Shown here: positions 33,669-44,987 of the stretch, in pieces
Numbering within the stretch: the stretch's first letter is position 1
Layout: every line of letters begins with the position of its first letter
Source: Diplonema japonicum
Lineage: Eukaryota > Protista > Euglenozoa: Diplonemea
Assembly (NCBI GenBank): GCA_964019335.1
Contig: OZ025742.1
Location: 316,444 to 380,443 of the forward strand
Reading direction: 5' to 3'
Length of the DNA stretch: 64,000 bases
Notes under the pieces: model-generated
Told to the model about the DNA's origin: nothing
Database searches by the model: none
The model's input: only the letters and a program-made list of their open reading frames with translations
Made by a program: the position numbers and the translations under genes

Positions 33669-34691
33669 ATGTGTTGTTCGCTGTTGACCTCCTCGTCGGT
33701 CATCACCGGTAGCGCCCGAGTGGAAGGGCTTCTCATCCTGCGCGAGCAGTCCCAGGGCCTTGACCAGGATGCCCTCGACCGAAGGCTCCTCCAGAGACGG
33801 ATGGACCGCTACCTCAGTCTCTTGGTCTACTTCCGACAACGACCGGAGCTCTTGGACGAACACCAGAGACGGATCCTGGCGGTCGGGTCCCTCCCGAAGC
33901 ACCTGGACACCCCTCCACATCAACTGCTGCTCGAGGCTCGTGACGCGGTCAGAACTACCGACCAACAAGTGACTGTCGCCAACCAAGAGCAACTACTTGT
34001 GAATGCGCACAACGCACTGCCTGAGTCCGAGCGTCTCCGGCTGTCTCACGAGTGGCACTCGGGACTGAACACCCCGGTGCAGCAACATTGGTGGTCGGAG
34101 TTCTTCGCCCAAGGTGGATGGAAGCACCCGCTCTTTGGCTCCGAGACCCCAGGAGGCGATAAAGCTAGACCTTCGGGGAAGACCCCTCTCCTGATCACCT
34201 ACAACGCACAGAGGAACAAACGCCCGGAGCCCGAGGACGGTCCCACACTCCCCGCGGCCAAGCGAGATCTCGCCGCGACGCGACCGAACACCAGGATCAC
34301 TGGGCTCGTCGCCCTTCGGAGGCTCACCAAGGATGCAGGCGTCGACGGCCCTGAGGACCTGGATGAGCTTCGGTATCTGGGCTTTCTTTCCAGGGGCGAG
34401 GCCACTTTTGACCCCAATTGCATGTCCAGGGCGTGCACTCACTTCTTGGGTGAGGCCCCCCTGGTCGCGGTCCCCCTCGACACACGGGTTGTGATCCCGT
34501 GCCTGCTGGTCTGTCACGGTTCGACGTGGCACTACGCATCCCACCAGGAACAAGGCTTTCTGCTGCAAACCCAAGGGTTCGGGGACAAGTCCTACTCGAC
34601 CGTGGCAGCCCTGCTCGCTGACTTTGTAGGGGCCGGGACCCTCTATTACAACGAGTCGCAGTGGTCGACTGTCCTGCATTCCTACAACTAG
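33669..34691 (+). CDS. Unknown GC-rich ORF, 340 aa, probably part of a mobile element (family D)
   Basis: Abrupt GC-rich island; downstream sequence is repeated inside the retroelement array at ~46397-46773. Confidence 0.45.
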   Translation: MCCSLLTSSSVITGSARVEGLLILREQSQGLDQDALDRRLLQRRMDRYLSLLVYFRQRPELLDEHQRRILAVGSLPKHLDTPPHQLLLEARDAVRTTDQQVTVANQEQLLVNAHNALPESERLRLSHEWHSGLNTPVQQHWWSEFFAQGGWKHPLFGSETPGGDKARPSGKTPLLITYNAQRNKRPEPEDGPTLPAAKRDLAATRPNTRITGLVALRRLTKDAGVDGPEDLDELRYLGFLSRGEATFDPNCMSRACTHFLGEAPLVAVPLDTRVVIPCLLVCHGSTWHYASHQEQGFLLQTQGFGDKSYSTVAALLADFVGAGTLYYNESQWSTVLHSYN

Positions 34692-34798
34692 GAACAATCG
34701 GAAACAACCCTACACAATGTAGGAGTGCCGGCCCGGCGTGCTACGAGGGCGATAGGCTATGCAAGGTTTCACAGACCTCGCACCCTATTATTTAGTTT

Positions 34799-35207
34799 CC
34801 ACCCTTTCCATTTTCTTTCCAATTTTCCAATTTTAAACTTGTTATTACCCTTTCTGCTTTTTCCTTTTTCCTTTTCCTTTTCCTACATGTTTTCGGTCCC
34901 GGGTATGACGTTAAACTGCGTCCGCCGACGCGTCTGAACCAGCACTTCCTGGCGACCAGGCCGTCTTTTCTCTTTTCCTTCTTCACTTCGTTCCGTTATT
35001 TTCATCATTCTTTCCGGCGATAGACTGATACGGGCCATGGAAGCAACCTCTGCTTAATTCCTGGTACGTGGGAGGCTCCTCTTGAGGATGTCAGTCACCT
35101 TTTTCCCTTTATATTCGTCTCTCTGTTTTCGTATGCAGTATTTATTCTTTTCCACCCCTTTTTATCTATTTCTCCGCTTCTCTATTCTAACTTAAAATCA
35201 TTTCAGC
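34799..35207 (+). repeat. Family D 3' non-coding repeat, copy 1
   Basis: Blocks gtcccgggtatgacgttaaactgcgtccgccgac, ggcgatagactgatacggg...gatgtcagtcacc and ctaacttaaaa(t/c)catttcag shared with 46397-46773. Confidence 0.85.
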
Positions 35208-35415
35208 TACCCAGTCCACGCACAACAAGCTGATGGATTTGAAGGCCGCCTACACTTTCTTGAAGATGTTCGTTTCACAGTAGGTTTTTTTATTTTCTAG
35301 AGGTTCTTCTTCTTCATTTGACTCCTGCAGCCTTCGAGACAAAGCACACAGGGAAAATACATTAGAAAAAAAGAAAAAGAAAGAAAAAAAAAAAAAAAAA
35401 CAATATTAAAAGAAC

Positions 35416-37602
35416 ATGAATGGAAAGAGAGAGGGATCAGGTGAAGAGGTGAACGATATGACAGTGTTCGTGAAGACGGGAGGCGGGGTTCACGATGTGG
35501 AAGTGTCGGGGAAGGAGACAGTGGGGATCCTGTACAAGAAGGCGGGGTGTGCTGCTGGTTTACTCGAAGGCAAGTTCGAACTGGTTTGGGAGGGAGAGGT
35601 CCTGGACAGGAACGGGGGTGAAGATATCCAGGAACTCGGGCTCGTGGAGGGCAGCGTGGTCTATGTGGAGGCGAAGAAGATGAGAACCGTTCAGCTGGAG
35701 GAGCTTGAGAGCTCAGAAGTGGTTTCAGAGCTTGAGGAGCTTGTGACAGCTGACCCTGAGCTGGTTCTGGTGGTGGAGGTGGGGAACTCGCCAGCTGTCG
35801 AAGTCTTGTCCATGAAGACGACGGTCCTTCCTTCCGGACTTCGGTTCCTCGTTGTCACCGACTCCACAGGCTGTGTTACAAGGATAGGCTCTGGGTTTCT
35901 TCGAGAGTGCGACCACCTGACGTCTGTTGATCTCATCCTCCCCAATGTTTCCACCATTGGTGAAAATCTTTTATATGGGTGCAACAATCTAGAAACCATC
36001 AACTTGAATGCGATGACCAATCTTTCTTCCATTGGTAATCGCTTCTTGTTTGGGTGCGAAAAACTAGAAACCATCAACTTGAATGCGATGACCAATCTTT
36101 CTTCTATTGGTCGTTACTTCTTGTCTTTGTGCGAAAAACTAGAAACCATCGACTTGAATGCGATGACCAATCTTTCTTCTATTGGTGATCGCTTCTTGTC
36201 TGAGTGCGTAGAACTAGAAACCATCAACTTGAATGCGATGACCAATCTTTCTTCCATTGGTGATGGCTTCTTGGAAGGGTGCAAAAAACTAGAAACCATC
36301 GACTTGAATGCGATGACCAATCTTTCTTCTATTGGTTATAGCTTCTTGTCTGAGTGCGTAGAACTAGAAACCATCAACTTGAATGCGATGACCAATCTTT
36401 CTTCCATTGGTGATGGCTTCTTGTCTTGGTGCGAAAAACTAGAAACCATCGACTTGAATGCGATGACCAATCTTTCTTCCATTGGTCATCGCTTCTTGTT
36501 TGGGTGCAAAAAACTAGAAACCATCAACTTGAATGCGATGACCAATCTTTCTTCTACTGGTGATAGCTTCTTGGAAGGGTGCAAAAAACTAGAAACCATC
36601 GACTTGAATGCGATGACCAATATTTCTTCCATTGGTAATCGCTTCTTGTTTGGGTGCGAAAAACTAGAAACCATCGACTTGAATGCGATGACCAATCTTT
36701 CTTCTACTGGTGATAGCTTCTTGGAAGGGTGCAAAAAACTAGAAACCATCAACTTGAATGCGATGACCAATCTTTCTTCCATTGGTGGTCGCTTCTTGTT
36801 TGGGTGCGAAAAACTAGAAACCATCGACTTGAATGCGATGACCAATCTTTCTTCCATTGGTTATCGCTTCTTGTTTGGGTGCGAAAAACTAGAAACCATC
36901 GACTTGAATGCGATGACCAATCTTTCTTACATTAGTCATCGCTTCTTGTTTGGGTGCAAAAAACTAGAAACCATCAACTTGAATGCGATGACCAATCTTT
37001 CTTCCATTGGTGATGGCTTCTTGGAAGGGTGCGAAAAACTAGAAACCATCGACTTGAATGCGACCAATCTTTCTTACATTGGTGGTAGCTTCTTGTTTGG
37101 GTGCAAAAAACTAGAAACCATAAACTTGAATGCGATGACCAATCTTTCTATCATTGGTGATCGCTTCTTGTTTAGGTGCGAAAAACTAGAAACCATCGAC
37201 TTGAATGCGATGACCAATCTTTCTTACATTGGTGATAGCTTCTTGGAAGGGTGCAAAAAACTAGAAACCATCAACTTGAATGCGATGACCAATCTTTCTT
37301 CCATTGGTGATCGCTTCTTGTTTGGGTGCGAAAAACTAGAAACCATCGACTTGAATACGTTGACCAATCTTTCTTCCATTGGTGATGGCTTCTTGGAGGG
37401 GTGCGTAAAACTAGAATCTGTCGACTTGAATTTAAAAAGAAAAAAAAGAAAAGTCGGTAAAAAAAGAGGGGAAAAAAAGAAGAAAAAAGAACACCCTGGC
37501 GCTGAAAACATCTTTGTGGAAAAACCAACGGAAAGCAATCCAATACCTCGAAGACACCGGGGGCCTGCCCCCCTCCGCAACAACTCCACAACAACCATCT
37601 AA
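35416..37602 (+). CDS. Ubiquitin-like domain + BspA-type (LRR_5) leucine-rich repeat protein, 728 aa
   Basis: N-term VFVKTGGGVHDVEVSGKETV...LVWEGEVL...ELGLVEGSVV (Ubl); 19 near-identical 25-aa repeats SIGxxFLxxCxKLETIxLNAMTNLS plus 2 divergent ones. Confidence 0.9.
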   Translation: MNGKREGSGEEVNDMTVFVKTGGGVHDVEVSGKETVGILYKKAGCAAGLLEGKFELVWEGEVLDRNGGEDIQELGLVEGSVVYVEAKKMRTVQLEELESSEVVSELEELVTADPELVLVVEVGNSPAVEVLSMKTTVLPSGLRFLVVTDSTGCVTRIGSGFLRECDHLTSVDLILPNVSTIGENLLYGCNNLETINLNAMTNLSSIGNRFLFGCEKLETINLNAMTNLSSIGRYFLSLCEKLETIDLNAMTNLSSIGDRFLSECVELETINLNAMTNLSSIGDGFLEGCKKLETIDLNAMTNLSSIGYSFLSECVELETINLNAMTNLSSIGDGFLSWCEKLETIDLNAMTNLSSIGHRFLFGCKKLETINLNAMTNLSSTGDSFLEGCKKLETIDLNAMTNISSIGNRFLFGCEKLETIDLNAMTNLSSTGDSFLEGCKKLETINLNAMTNLSSIGGRFLFGCEKLETIDLNAMTNLSSIGYRFLFGCEKLETIDLNAMTNLSYISHRFLFGCKKLETINLNAMTNLSSIGDGFLEGCEKLETIDLNATNLSYIGGSFLFGCKKLETINLNAMTNLSIIGDRFLFRCEKLETIDLNAMTNLSYIGDSFLEGCKKLETINLNAMTNLSSIGDRFLFGCEKLETIDLNTLTNLSSIGDGFLEGCVKLESVDLNLKRKKRKVGKKRGEKKKKKEHPGAENIFVEKPTESNPIPRRHRGPAPLRNNSTTTI
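35990..37430 (+). repeat. 75-bp coding tandem repeat, ~19 units
   Basis: ctagaaaccatc(a/g)acttgaatgcgatgaccaatctttct recurs every 75 nt; one unit is 72 nt. Confidence 0.95.
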
Positions 37603-37879
37603 CCTGCTGAAGTAGCATGCCGATCAGAAGGCGGCTGAGGCACTTGTCATTTAATCAGAATCCCGAGATCCCATCCCTGATCCCCAAATAGAGAGTGTAC
37701 CATCCTGTTTCTCGCGGAAACAGAGAACTAACTTAAAATCATTTCAGTAACCACTTCGTTCCGAATTTTTTTTCTTCAAAATGAAAAAATAAAGTGCTTT
37801 ATTTTCCCTTGGGAAATATGGAAAACTTTATTTTTCCCGGCTCTAGCCAAAATTCCTTTAGAGGGAATCCAGAGAATAA

Positions 37880-37915
<36 letters not shown>

Positions 37916-38425
37916 AATTGTTTATCTTTCTTCTCCTTCCTCCTTCTCCCCCCCCCCCCCCTTTGGGTATCAAAAAAAGATTTTCAGAAAGCAGGGGTGA
38001 GAAGACCACATGGTATTAGAAGCATTTAAAAAAAAAAAAAAGAAGAAGAAGAAGAAGAAAAAAAGAGAACAAGGGACTGGTGTCCGGTAAAATTCTGCAC
38101 ATTTTCTTCTTCTTCTTTTTTGTTTTTGTTTTATAAAAAAAAATACCGTACCTACCCCCCCACCACCTCCCTCCCCCTCTATATTTTTTTTTTCTTTGTG
38201 TTTCTTTACTTTCTTTTTTTTTTTTTTCCTTTTCTTTCTTTGTTCCCTCCTTCTTTGTAGTCTGCTGTGTGGTTAAAAACCTTCTTCCCACATCATGGTT
38301 TTAATAGTTTCACAGTGAATAAGTTCTTCATTTGACTCCTGCAGCCTTCGAGACAAAGCACACAGGGAAAATACATTAGAAAAAAAGAAAAAGAAAGAAA
38401 AAAAAAAAAACAATATGAAAAGAAC

Positions 38426-39193
38426 ATGAATGGAAAGAGAGAGGGATCAGGTGAAGAGGTGAACGATATGACAGTGTTCGTGAAGACGGGAGGCGGGGTT
38501 CACGATGTGGAAGTGTCGGGGAAGGAGACGGTGGGGATCCTGTACAAGAAGGCGGGGTGTGCTGCTGGTTTACTCGAAGGCAAGTTCGAACTGGTTTGGG
38601 AGGGAGAGGTCCTGGACAGGAACGGGGGTGAAGATATCCAGGAACTCGGGCTCGTGGAGGGCAGCGTGGTCTATGTGGAGGCGAAGAAGATGAGAACCGT
38701 TCAGCTGGAGGAGCTTGAGAGCTCAGAAGTGGTTTCAGAGCTTGAGGAGCTTGTGACAGCTGACCCTGAGCTGGTTCTGGTGGTGGAGGTGGGGAACTCG
38801 CCAGCTGTCGAAGTCTTGTCCATGAAGACGACGGTCCTTCCTTCCGGACTTCGGTTCCTCGTTGTCACCGACTCCACAGGCTGTGTTACAAGGATAGGCT
38901 CTTGGTTTCTTCAAGAGTGCGACCACCTGACGTCTGTTGATCTCATCCTCCCCAATGTTTCCACCATTGATGAAAATCTTTTATATGAGTGCAAAAATCT
39001 AGAAACCATCAACTTGAATGCGATGACCAATCTTTCTTCCATTGGTGATCGCTTCTTGGATGGGTGCGAAAAACTAGAAACCATCGACTTGAATACGTTG
39101 ACCAATCTTTCTTCCATTGGTGATGGCTTCTTGGAGGGGTGCGTAAAACTAGAATCTGTCGACTTGAATTTAAAAAGAAAAGTCGGTGTTTAG
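38426..39193 (+). CDS. Ubl + LRR paralogue with contracted repeat array, 255 aa
   Basis: Near-identical to the 35416 gene from ~100 nt upstream of the ATG; only 2 core repeats retained. Confidence 0.85.
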   Translation: MNGKREGSGEEVNDMTVFVKTGGGVHDVEVSGKETVGILYKKAGCAAGLLEGKFELVWEGEVLDRNGGEDIQELGLVEGSVVYVEAKKMRTVQLEELESSEVVSELEELVTADPELVLVVEVGNSPAVEVLSMKTTVLPSGLRFLVVTDSTGCVTRIGSWFLQECDHLTSVDLILPNVSTIDENLLYECKNLETINLNAMTNLSSIGDRFLDGCEKLETIDLNTLTNLSSIGDGFLEGCVKLESVDLNLKRKVGV

Positions 39194-39625
39194 AAGAAGA
39201 AGAAGAAAAAGAGGGGAAAAAAAGAAGAAAAAAGAACACCCTGGCGCTGAGAAACATCTTTGTAGAAAAACCAACGGAAAGCAATCCAATACCTCGAAGA
39301 CACCGGGGACCTGCCCCCCTCCGCAACAACTCCACAACAACCATGCCGATCAGAAGGCGGCTGTTGTAATATGCACTTGGTGGGGGAGCGGGATGTCCTT
39401 TCTGGCTTTCGCAAACCCGCAAACCCGGGTTTGCGAGGACACCAGCCACGATACTTTGTAAAGCCTATCTTCGTAGAAGCCAGCACCCTTGTGTTTCACT
39501 ATGAAAACACAAATTCCCCAGAATAGTCAAAATCGGTCTCTTGGCATGACGGCAGCGTACCCAGGGGTGTAGTTGAGAAACGTCGAGTCTGTGCGCCAGT
39601 AATCAGAATAATCTGGTTTTATCAA

Positions 39626-40090
39626 GACGGGAGTCGAGGGACTCCACGACAGCCAGGCTGGTTTCAGACGCGGCCGCTCCACGGAGGAGCAGGTGGCAAC
39701 CCTCACTGCATGTCGAGGAACAAAGACGAACGACGTCTCTCGGCCGCTCTGCTGTTCGACTTCTCTTCTGCCTTCGACCTGGTGCCCCATGGTGCCCTGC
39801 TGGACAAGATGCGAGGGAAGGGTCTCCCCGAACCCTTCGTGGAGTGGACGCGGTCCTTTCTATGCGGCCGTACTGCTGCGGTCACGATTGGACGGTCGAG
39901 GGGGTCGACGACGAAGGTGCGACGGGGTGTCCCCCAGGGCTCTGTCTTGGGTCCCATCCTGTACACCATCTACGTCGACGAACTCGCCAGGAGACTGGAG
40001 AGACTGGCGGATGTCGGTTGTGATCTCCTCTGGACAAGGGGACATGGCTGGGCTGGAGCGGAAGGCACAGGCAGTGGTGGATGCGGTTGA
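39626..40090 (+). mobile_element. Internal RT fragment of LINE family C (degraded)
   Basis: Near-identical to ~58696-59190 with small deletions, one removing the YADD codons. Confidence 0.9.
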
Positions 40091-40444
40091 AATTTTTTAG
40101 GGCATGCGGCTTACAAACATGAGTTTTCCACAGAGGGTACAGTGCGTAGGGCAGGCTAGGTACCCCCTTAGAAAAGTGCCCAAAAAAAAATGTCCGGAAG
40201 ATAAAATGTCTGGAAGATAAAATGTCCGGAAGATAAAATGATACCTTCACTTTGATTTTTGATTTCTCAAGCTCTGCTTTTCAACTCAGCTTTGTTGATT
40301 TTTTCTTCCTTTCCCCATTTTCCTTTTATCCTTTTCAAACCTTCTACTCCCGACCCGGCAGTGGAACAGATATTATTATTATTATTATTAAAAACTTTTG
40401 CGACACATTAAAAACAAATTTAAAAGAAAAGAAAATTTACAAAA

Positions 40445-43400
40445 ATGGACCAGACCAACGCGGACGCCTCCACGAGGCCTCCACTGGACAACTTGCAGAT
40501 GCAAGTCGACGAAGCAGCCGCGGAGGAGGTTCCAGAGATAAATCTGGACCTCGAGAAGAAGGAGGAGAAGGAAGGAGGGAGGGGGCGCCCAGGGAACTGG
40601 GTCATGGGCCCCTTGCCGAAGAAGGTCGACAAGGAGGGAGCGGCAGAGATTCTCTCTGCAACGATAGCAGGAGAGACGGAAAAGGCCGTCATCCTGAAGA
40701 CGGCAAATGCCGTCTTTTTACTTTTCTCCGCCGCCACCCCACCAAAACACACCCAAACAAGGGTGAACGGCCAGGTAGCGACGCTACTACCTGCCGTCAA
40801 GGTGGTGGACCCTCTCGAGGCAAGAGAGGAAAAAAAGTGGAAAGGGAAGGGCGGAAAGAAAACAAAAAAAAGCCGCCTCAACAGGTACCCGGTAGATGGA
40901 TTCTTAGCCCACTACGGGGAAAAGACGGGGTGGAGCCTCTACAAGGAGGCTGTCGAGGACTGGAACCAAAGAAGGGCTCCACCTCCTTCCGCCCAAAAGT
41001 TGAGAGATCCTCAACAACAGCAGAGCCCAGAACACTTAAAGGTTCTGGAAGAGCTACGGGGACAGCAGCAGGTGCTGCAACAACAACTGCAGATGCAACA
41101 ACAACAGCTGCAGCTCCAACACCAGCACCAACAGCAACAACCTCCGAACCAAGACAAAATCCTGGAAATACTGAAGGGGCAGCAGCTACAACACCAGGAG
41201 CAGATGCAACAATTCCAGCAGCAGCTACAAAAACAACAACAACAACACCAGGAGCAGGTGCAGCAATTCCAACAACAGCTGCAGAATCAGCAGCAGCAGC
41301 TACAAAAACAGCAGCAGCAACATCAGGAGCAGCTACAGCAACAGCAAGTAGCACACCAGGAGACGGTGAAGGGTCTCCTGGAGCTGGTGAAACAAAGCCA
41401 GCAGCAGCTAAAAAAGGACACCTCGGTGATCCAAAAGACGCTGCTCCAGTTATCACTGGGCAAAAAAAAAAAAAAAAACCGCCACAGACCCCGCCCAGCC
41501 CACGGTAGCCCTGCAGGAACACCCCCTCTCTTATACGGAGTCGGAGACCGAGCAGGAGGAAACCCCATTATTAGGGGCGAGAAGGAGGAGGGTGCCCGAG
41601 ATGCTAGAGCATCAATCGACGAGGGAGACCCATACAAAACGCCGGAGGGCCCTGAGCGAAGCCGCAACAAGGCACATACCTCGGCACGGGTGTTTCACCG
41701 AGAGGAAGCCATGGTGGAACAGCGAACTGGACACGGCCTTTGAAGAAAGGGACACCCTCAGAGACGCCATCCTCAGGGGGGAATCCGAAGATCACGCAGG
41801 GCTCGCTGGGCTCAACAATGCAGTCAACGAGACGGTGAAGGCATCCAAAGAGAAGTCATGGAGGAGCCTCTGCTCCAAGTTCAGCTCCTCCAAGAACTTG
41901 CCTGCGGCATTCAAGGCAGTCAAGGAGCTCGACGGCAGGTCATGGAGGCCACCGATGCCCCCCCTTCAACACGGCGACGCTCTTCTCACAGGCAACAAGG
42001 CTAGGGCCGATCGTCTCGGACGCTACTACGAGACGATCTGCGGAGACGACACTGTCCCTGGTCTCGACACAACAGGACAGACGCAGGAACCCTACGAGGG
42101 CGGAACGGGCTACTTCACGATGGACGAACTGCTGAGACAACTGCTCAGGACGAGAACAAAGAGTGCTGCAGGCGACGATGGAATCTTCAACGTGATGCTG
42201 ATGCGTCTGGGTAGGGAATCCCTGAGAATCGTTCTACAGCTGTTCAATCTCTCCTGGGCGAGCGGGCAAGTTCCGGACACGTGGAAACTGGCACTAGTCG
42301 TCCCGATCCCGAAGCCGGGCAAAGACCCCACGAAGATTGAGTCCTACCGCCCCATCAGCCTGACGAGCTGCCTCGGCAAGCTCATGGAAAGGATGGTCGA
42401 GGCCCGCGTGACGTATCTACTTGACTCCCCGACAACGATGGTAGAGGGACTTCACCCCGCCCAGGCTGGCTTCAGGAAAGGGAGGTCCACCGAGGAGCAG
42501 GTTGCCGCCATCGTGCAGCATGTGACGATAAAAAGGAACGCCGAAGTTAAGGAGGCATGCCTCACCATACTCTTCGACTTCTCAAAGGCGTTCGACAGGG
42601 TCAACCACGAGGCACTCATTCAGAAGATGTCTCAGAAGCGCTTCCCTACGGCCTACACCAGGTGGGTTTCCTCCTTCCTAACCACGATCTACGCGGACGA
42701 CGTCGCGGTAGTAGTCTCTGCCACAACAAGGACTGAGCTCGAGGCCAGGGCCACGGCGGTAGTGGGTGCAGTCGAAGACTGGTGTACACGATGGGGGATG
42801 CAGTTGAGCAGGGAGAAGACGCTGTACGTCCCCACCCCCAAATGCGAACCGTACGACTTCCACGTCTACTTCCCCTCGACCGGGGCGACGCATCCGGGCT
42901 TCGAATTCCAGCCGCTGGAGCTCAAGGGCCGACTCATCGCCGGGGGACCTACTCACCTGATCGGGAGGAGGCTCCTGTCCGTTAACCGCACGGCCATGAC
43001 ACGACGCGACGTCTCTGCACTCGTCTCCAAAGGGCTGGTGTATGAATTCTCCACGGCCGTCCCCGTCGCGAGGCGTGATAGGGCCAAGTATCTAGGGGTC
43101 ATCCTTGACGCTGACTTGTCTTTCGGTGCCCATGCCCGCGACATCATCGAGAGATACGACAAACGAATTCGCATACTGCGGCTCCTCTCCGGCTCGTCCT
43201 GGGGCAGTTCCGCAGCATCACTCAGGTCCTTGTACCTGGCCTACGTCCTACCGGTGTTCACCTACTCGATTGGCATCTTCTTCGCACTGATGTCTGCTCA
43301 AGACAGGAAGGCACTGTGCATGAGGCACGATGAGGCAGCCCGACGAATCACGGGGTGCGTCAAGAACACCTCCACCTCGGCTGTACTGTGTGAGGCCCGC

Positions 43401-44987
43401 TTGCGCCCGCTCGACCTGATGGCCGACGCTGCTTCTGCCATTCTACTGCAGAGGGCACTGAGGTGGGTGGGAACCCCGGTGAACAGGGTGGTCAGGGGTG
43501 CAGCTACCGCAGGATGGGCCTTGGGAGCGCTGAAGGCGACGAGGAGTTCTGGGCTGAGTGCGGTTGCTTCCCTACCGCTAGGGCCTGATACGAGAGCCCC
43601 CCCCTGGGCGGAAGGCATCCACGTCGATCCCTACGCCACCGACACCAGGAGGACACTCCCCGACGATGTGAGGGCGGCAGCGGCTGCGGAAAAGCTGGAC
43701 GAGATCCCAAGCGGCGCTCTGGTAGTGTACACGGACGGCTCGGTGATAAGGGGGAGAGGGGGAGCTGGGGTTGCCCTCAGAGTCCCCGACATGGACCTCA
43801 CCCTTACCACCTCTCACGGGGCCGGCATGGTCTCCACACCCATGTGCGCCGAGGGCACCGCTATCCTGATGGGGTTGAAGGAGGCTGCGGAGGTGTACAA
43901 AACGGTCGTGAACCTGAGGGGCCGCCCTCTCTACCTGCTGACCGACTCACAGACGATGCTGCGGAGGCTCGCTGGGGGCCCCGGACAGCAGAGGGAGTCC
44001 ACGGACAGACGGATCTGGGATGCCGCTTCCTGGCTCAGGGCCAAACGCTCCGGTGATGTGCACTTCTGGTACATCCCCTCCCACTGCGGTGTGACGGGGA
44101 ACGAGCTCGCCGACGGAGCGGCCAGGGACGGGCTGTCGAAGTCGCCTTGCGGGGTTAGCTACCGCTCCAGCAAGGCGGCCATAAGAGCGTGGCTGAGAGG
44201 AAGGTCGCGTGCGAGATACAACAGCGACTCCCCCGGCCACCACCGCCTCGTCACCGGTGGCGAATGTCTTTCTCTCCCACCACTCAGTAGGAGGGAGGAG
44301 GTCCTGATCATTCGGCTCCGGACCGGACACACGCCTTTGATGAGGGGGTACCTCCAGCTCAAGGGACCCCTGAGGGCTGAGGGGAGACATCACCTCACCT
44401 GCCCCGCCTGCAACGTTCAATCACCGCTCGACGCTGATCACCTGCTGAGGGGCTGTCATTCTCTGGCTCCCACAGCTAAGTCCTTCTACGACACTGGGCT
44501 GCCGCTCCGCGCGCTGCTTTCCAAGCACTCCGCCGAGGTCTGCGCCTTCATCGAGGCCTCCGGGCTCTTATCATGGTCTGAGTGTGGGATCTTCCCCCCG
44601 GCCGACGCAGCACAAGGGTGATCGTGAGCCCATTATAGACCCCCCCCCCCCCCCCCCCACCCCTTTGTCCCCCCCCCCACACACACACACTCACACGCAA
44701 ATGGGCCAAGAAACAACCTCCCGGGAGGCAGCCACAGGGAAGGCCGGGAGGGCGCAGGGCGCAGCAAGAGAACGCCCCTGCGTTCAGCCTCGAGGGGACC
44801 GCCCCGAATGTAATCAGCCAGGTCGGCTGTCCCAGGAAGGGGGAACGGAGCACCGAAGGGAAGGTTCAGCCCACGTGGTGGCCCTCTCGGTTACTCCAGA
44901 CAAAAGACTGGACACACCCCACACCCCTCCCCCCACCCCCCAGTTTCCCCCCAGTGGTTATTATTGCAAAAAAAAAAAAAAAAAAAA
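40445..44987 (+). mobile_element. Non-LTR retrotransposon family A (ORF1 + RT-RNase H), internally deleted
   Basis: Q-rich coiled-coil ORF1 (40445-~41650) runs directly into post-endonuclease ORF2 (41592-44621: PWWN, YRPISL, QAGFR, DFSKAFD, IYADD, KYLGV, YTDGS, IPSHCGVTGNELAD, CPAC..HLL..C); APE and GVPQG segments missing; ends cagtggttattattgc-polyA. Confidence 0.9.
41592..44621 (+). pseudogene. RT-RNase H polyprotein of family A, lacking endonuclease and part of RT
   Basis: WVSSFLT|TIYADD junction lacks the GVPQGS motif present in families C and E. Confidence 0.85.

Noticed and set aside
35025-35100. HDV-like ribozyme in family D block
   Set aside because: P1/P3/P1.1-like parts exist, but there is no downstream P2 partner or catalytic C in the right place.
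35990-37430. 75-bp repeats as a CRISPR array or DGR target (NNT/NNC variable codons)
   Set aside because: Repeats are in-frame LRR coding units without unique spacers; no template repeat is seen and nearby RTs are LINE-type.
37726-37748. aactaac... as a spliced-leader RNA gene
   Set aside because: Similarity is limited to the first 7 nt; lacks the conserved TTTCTGTACT core and donor site.
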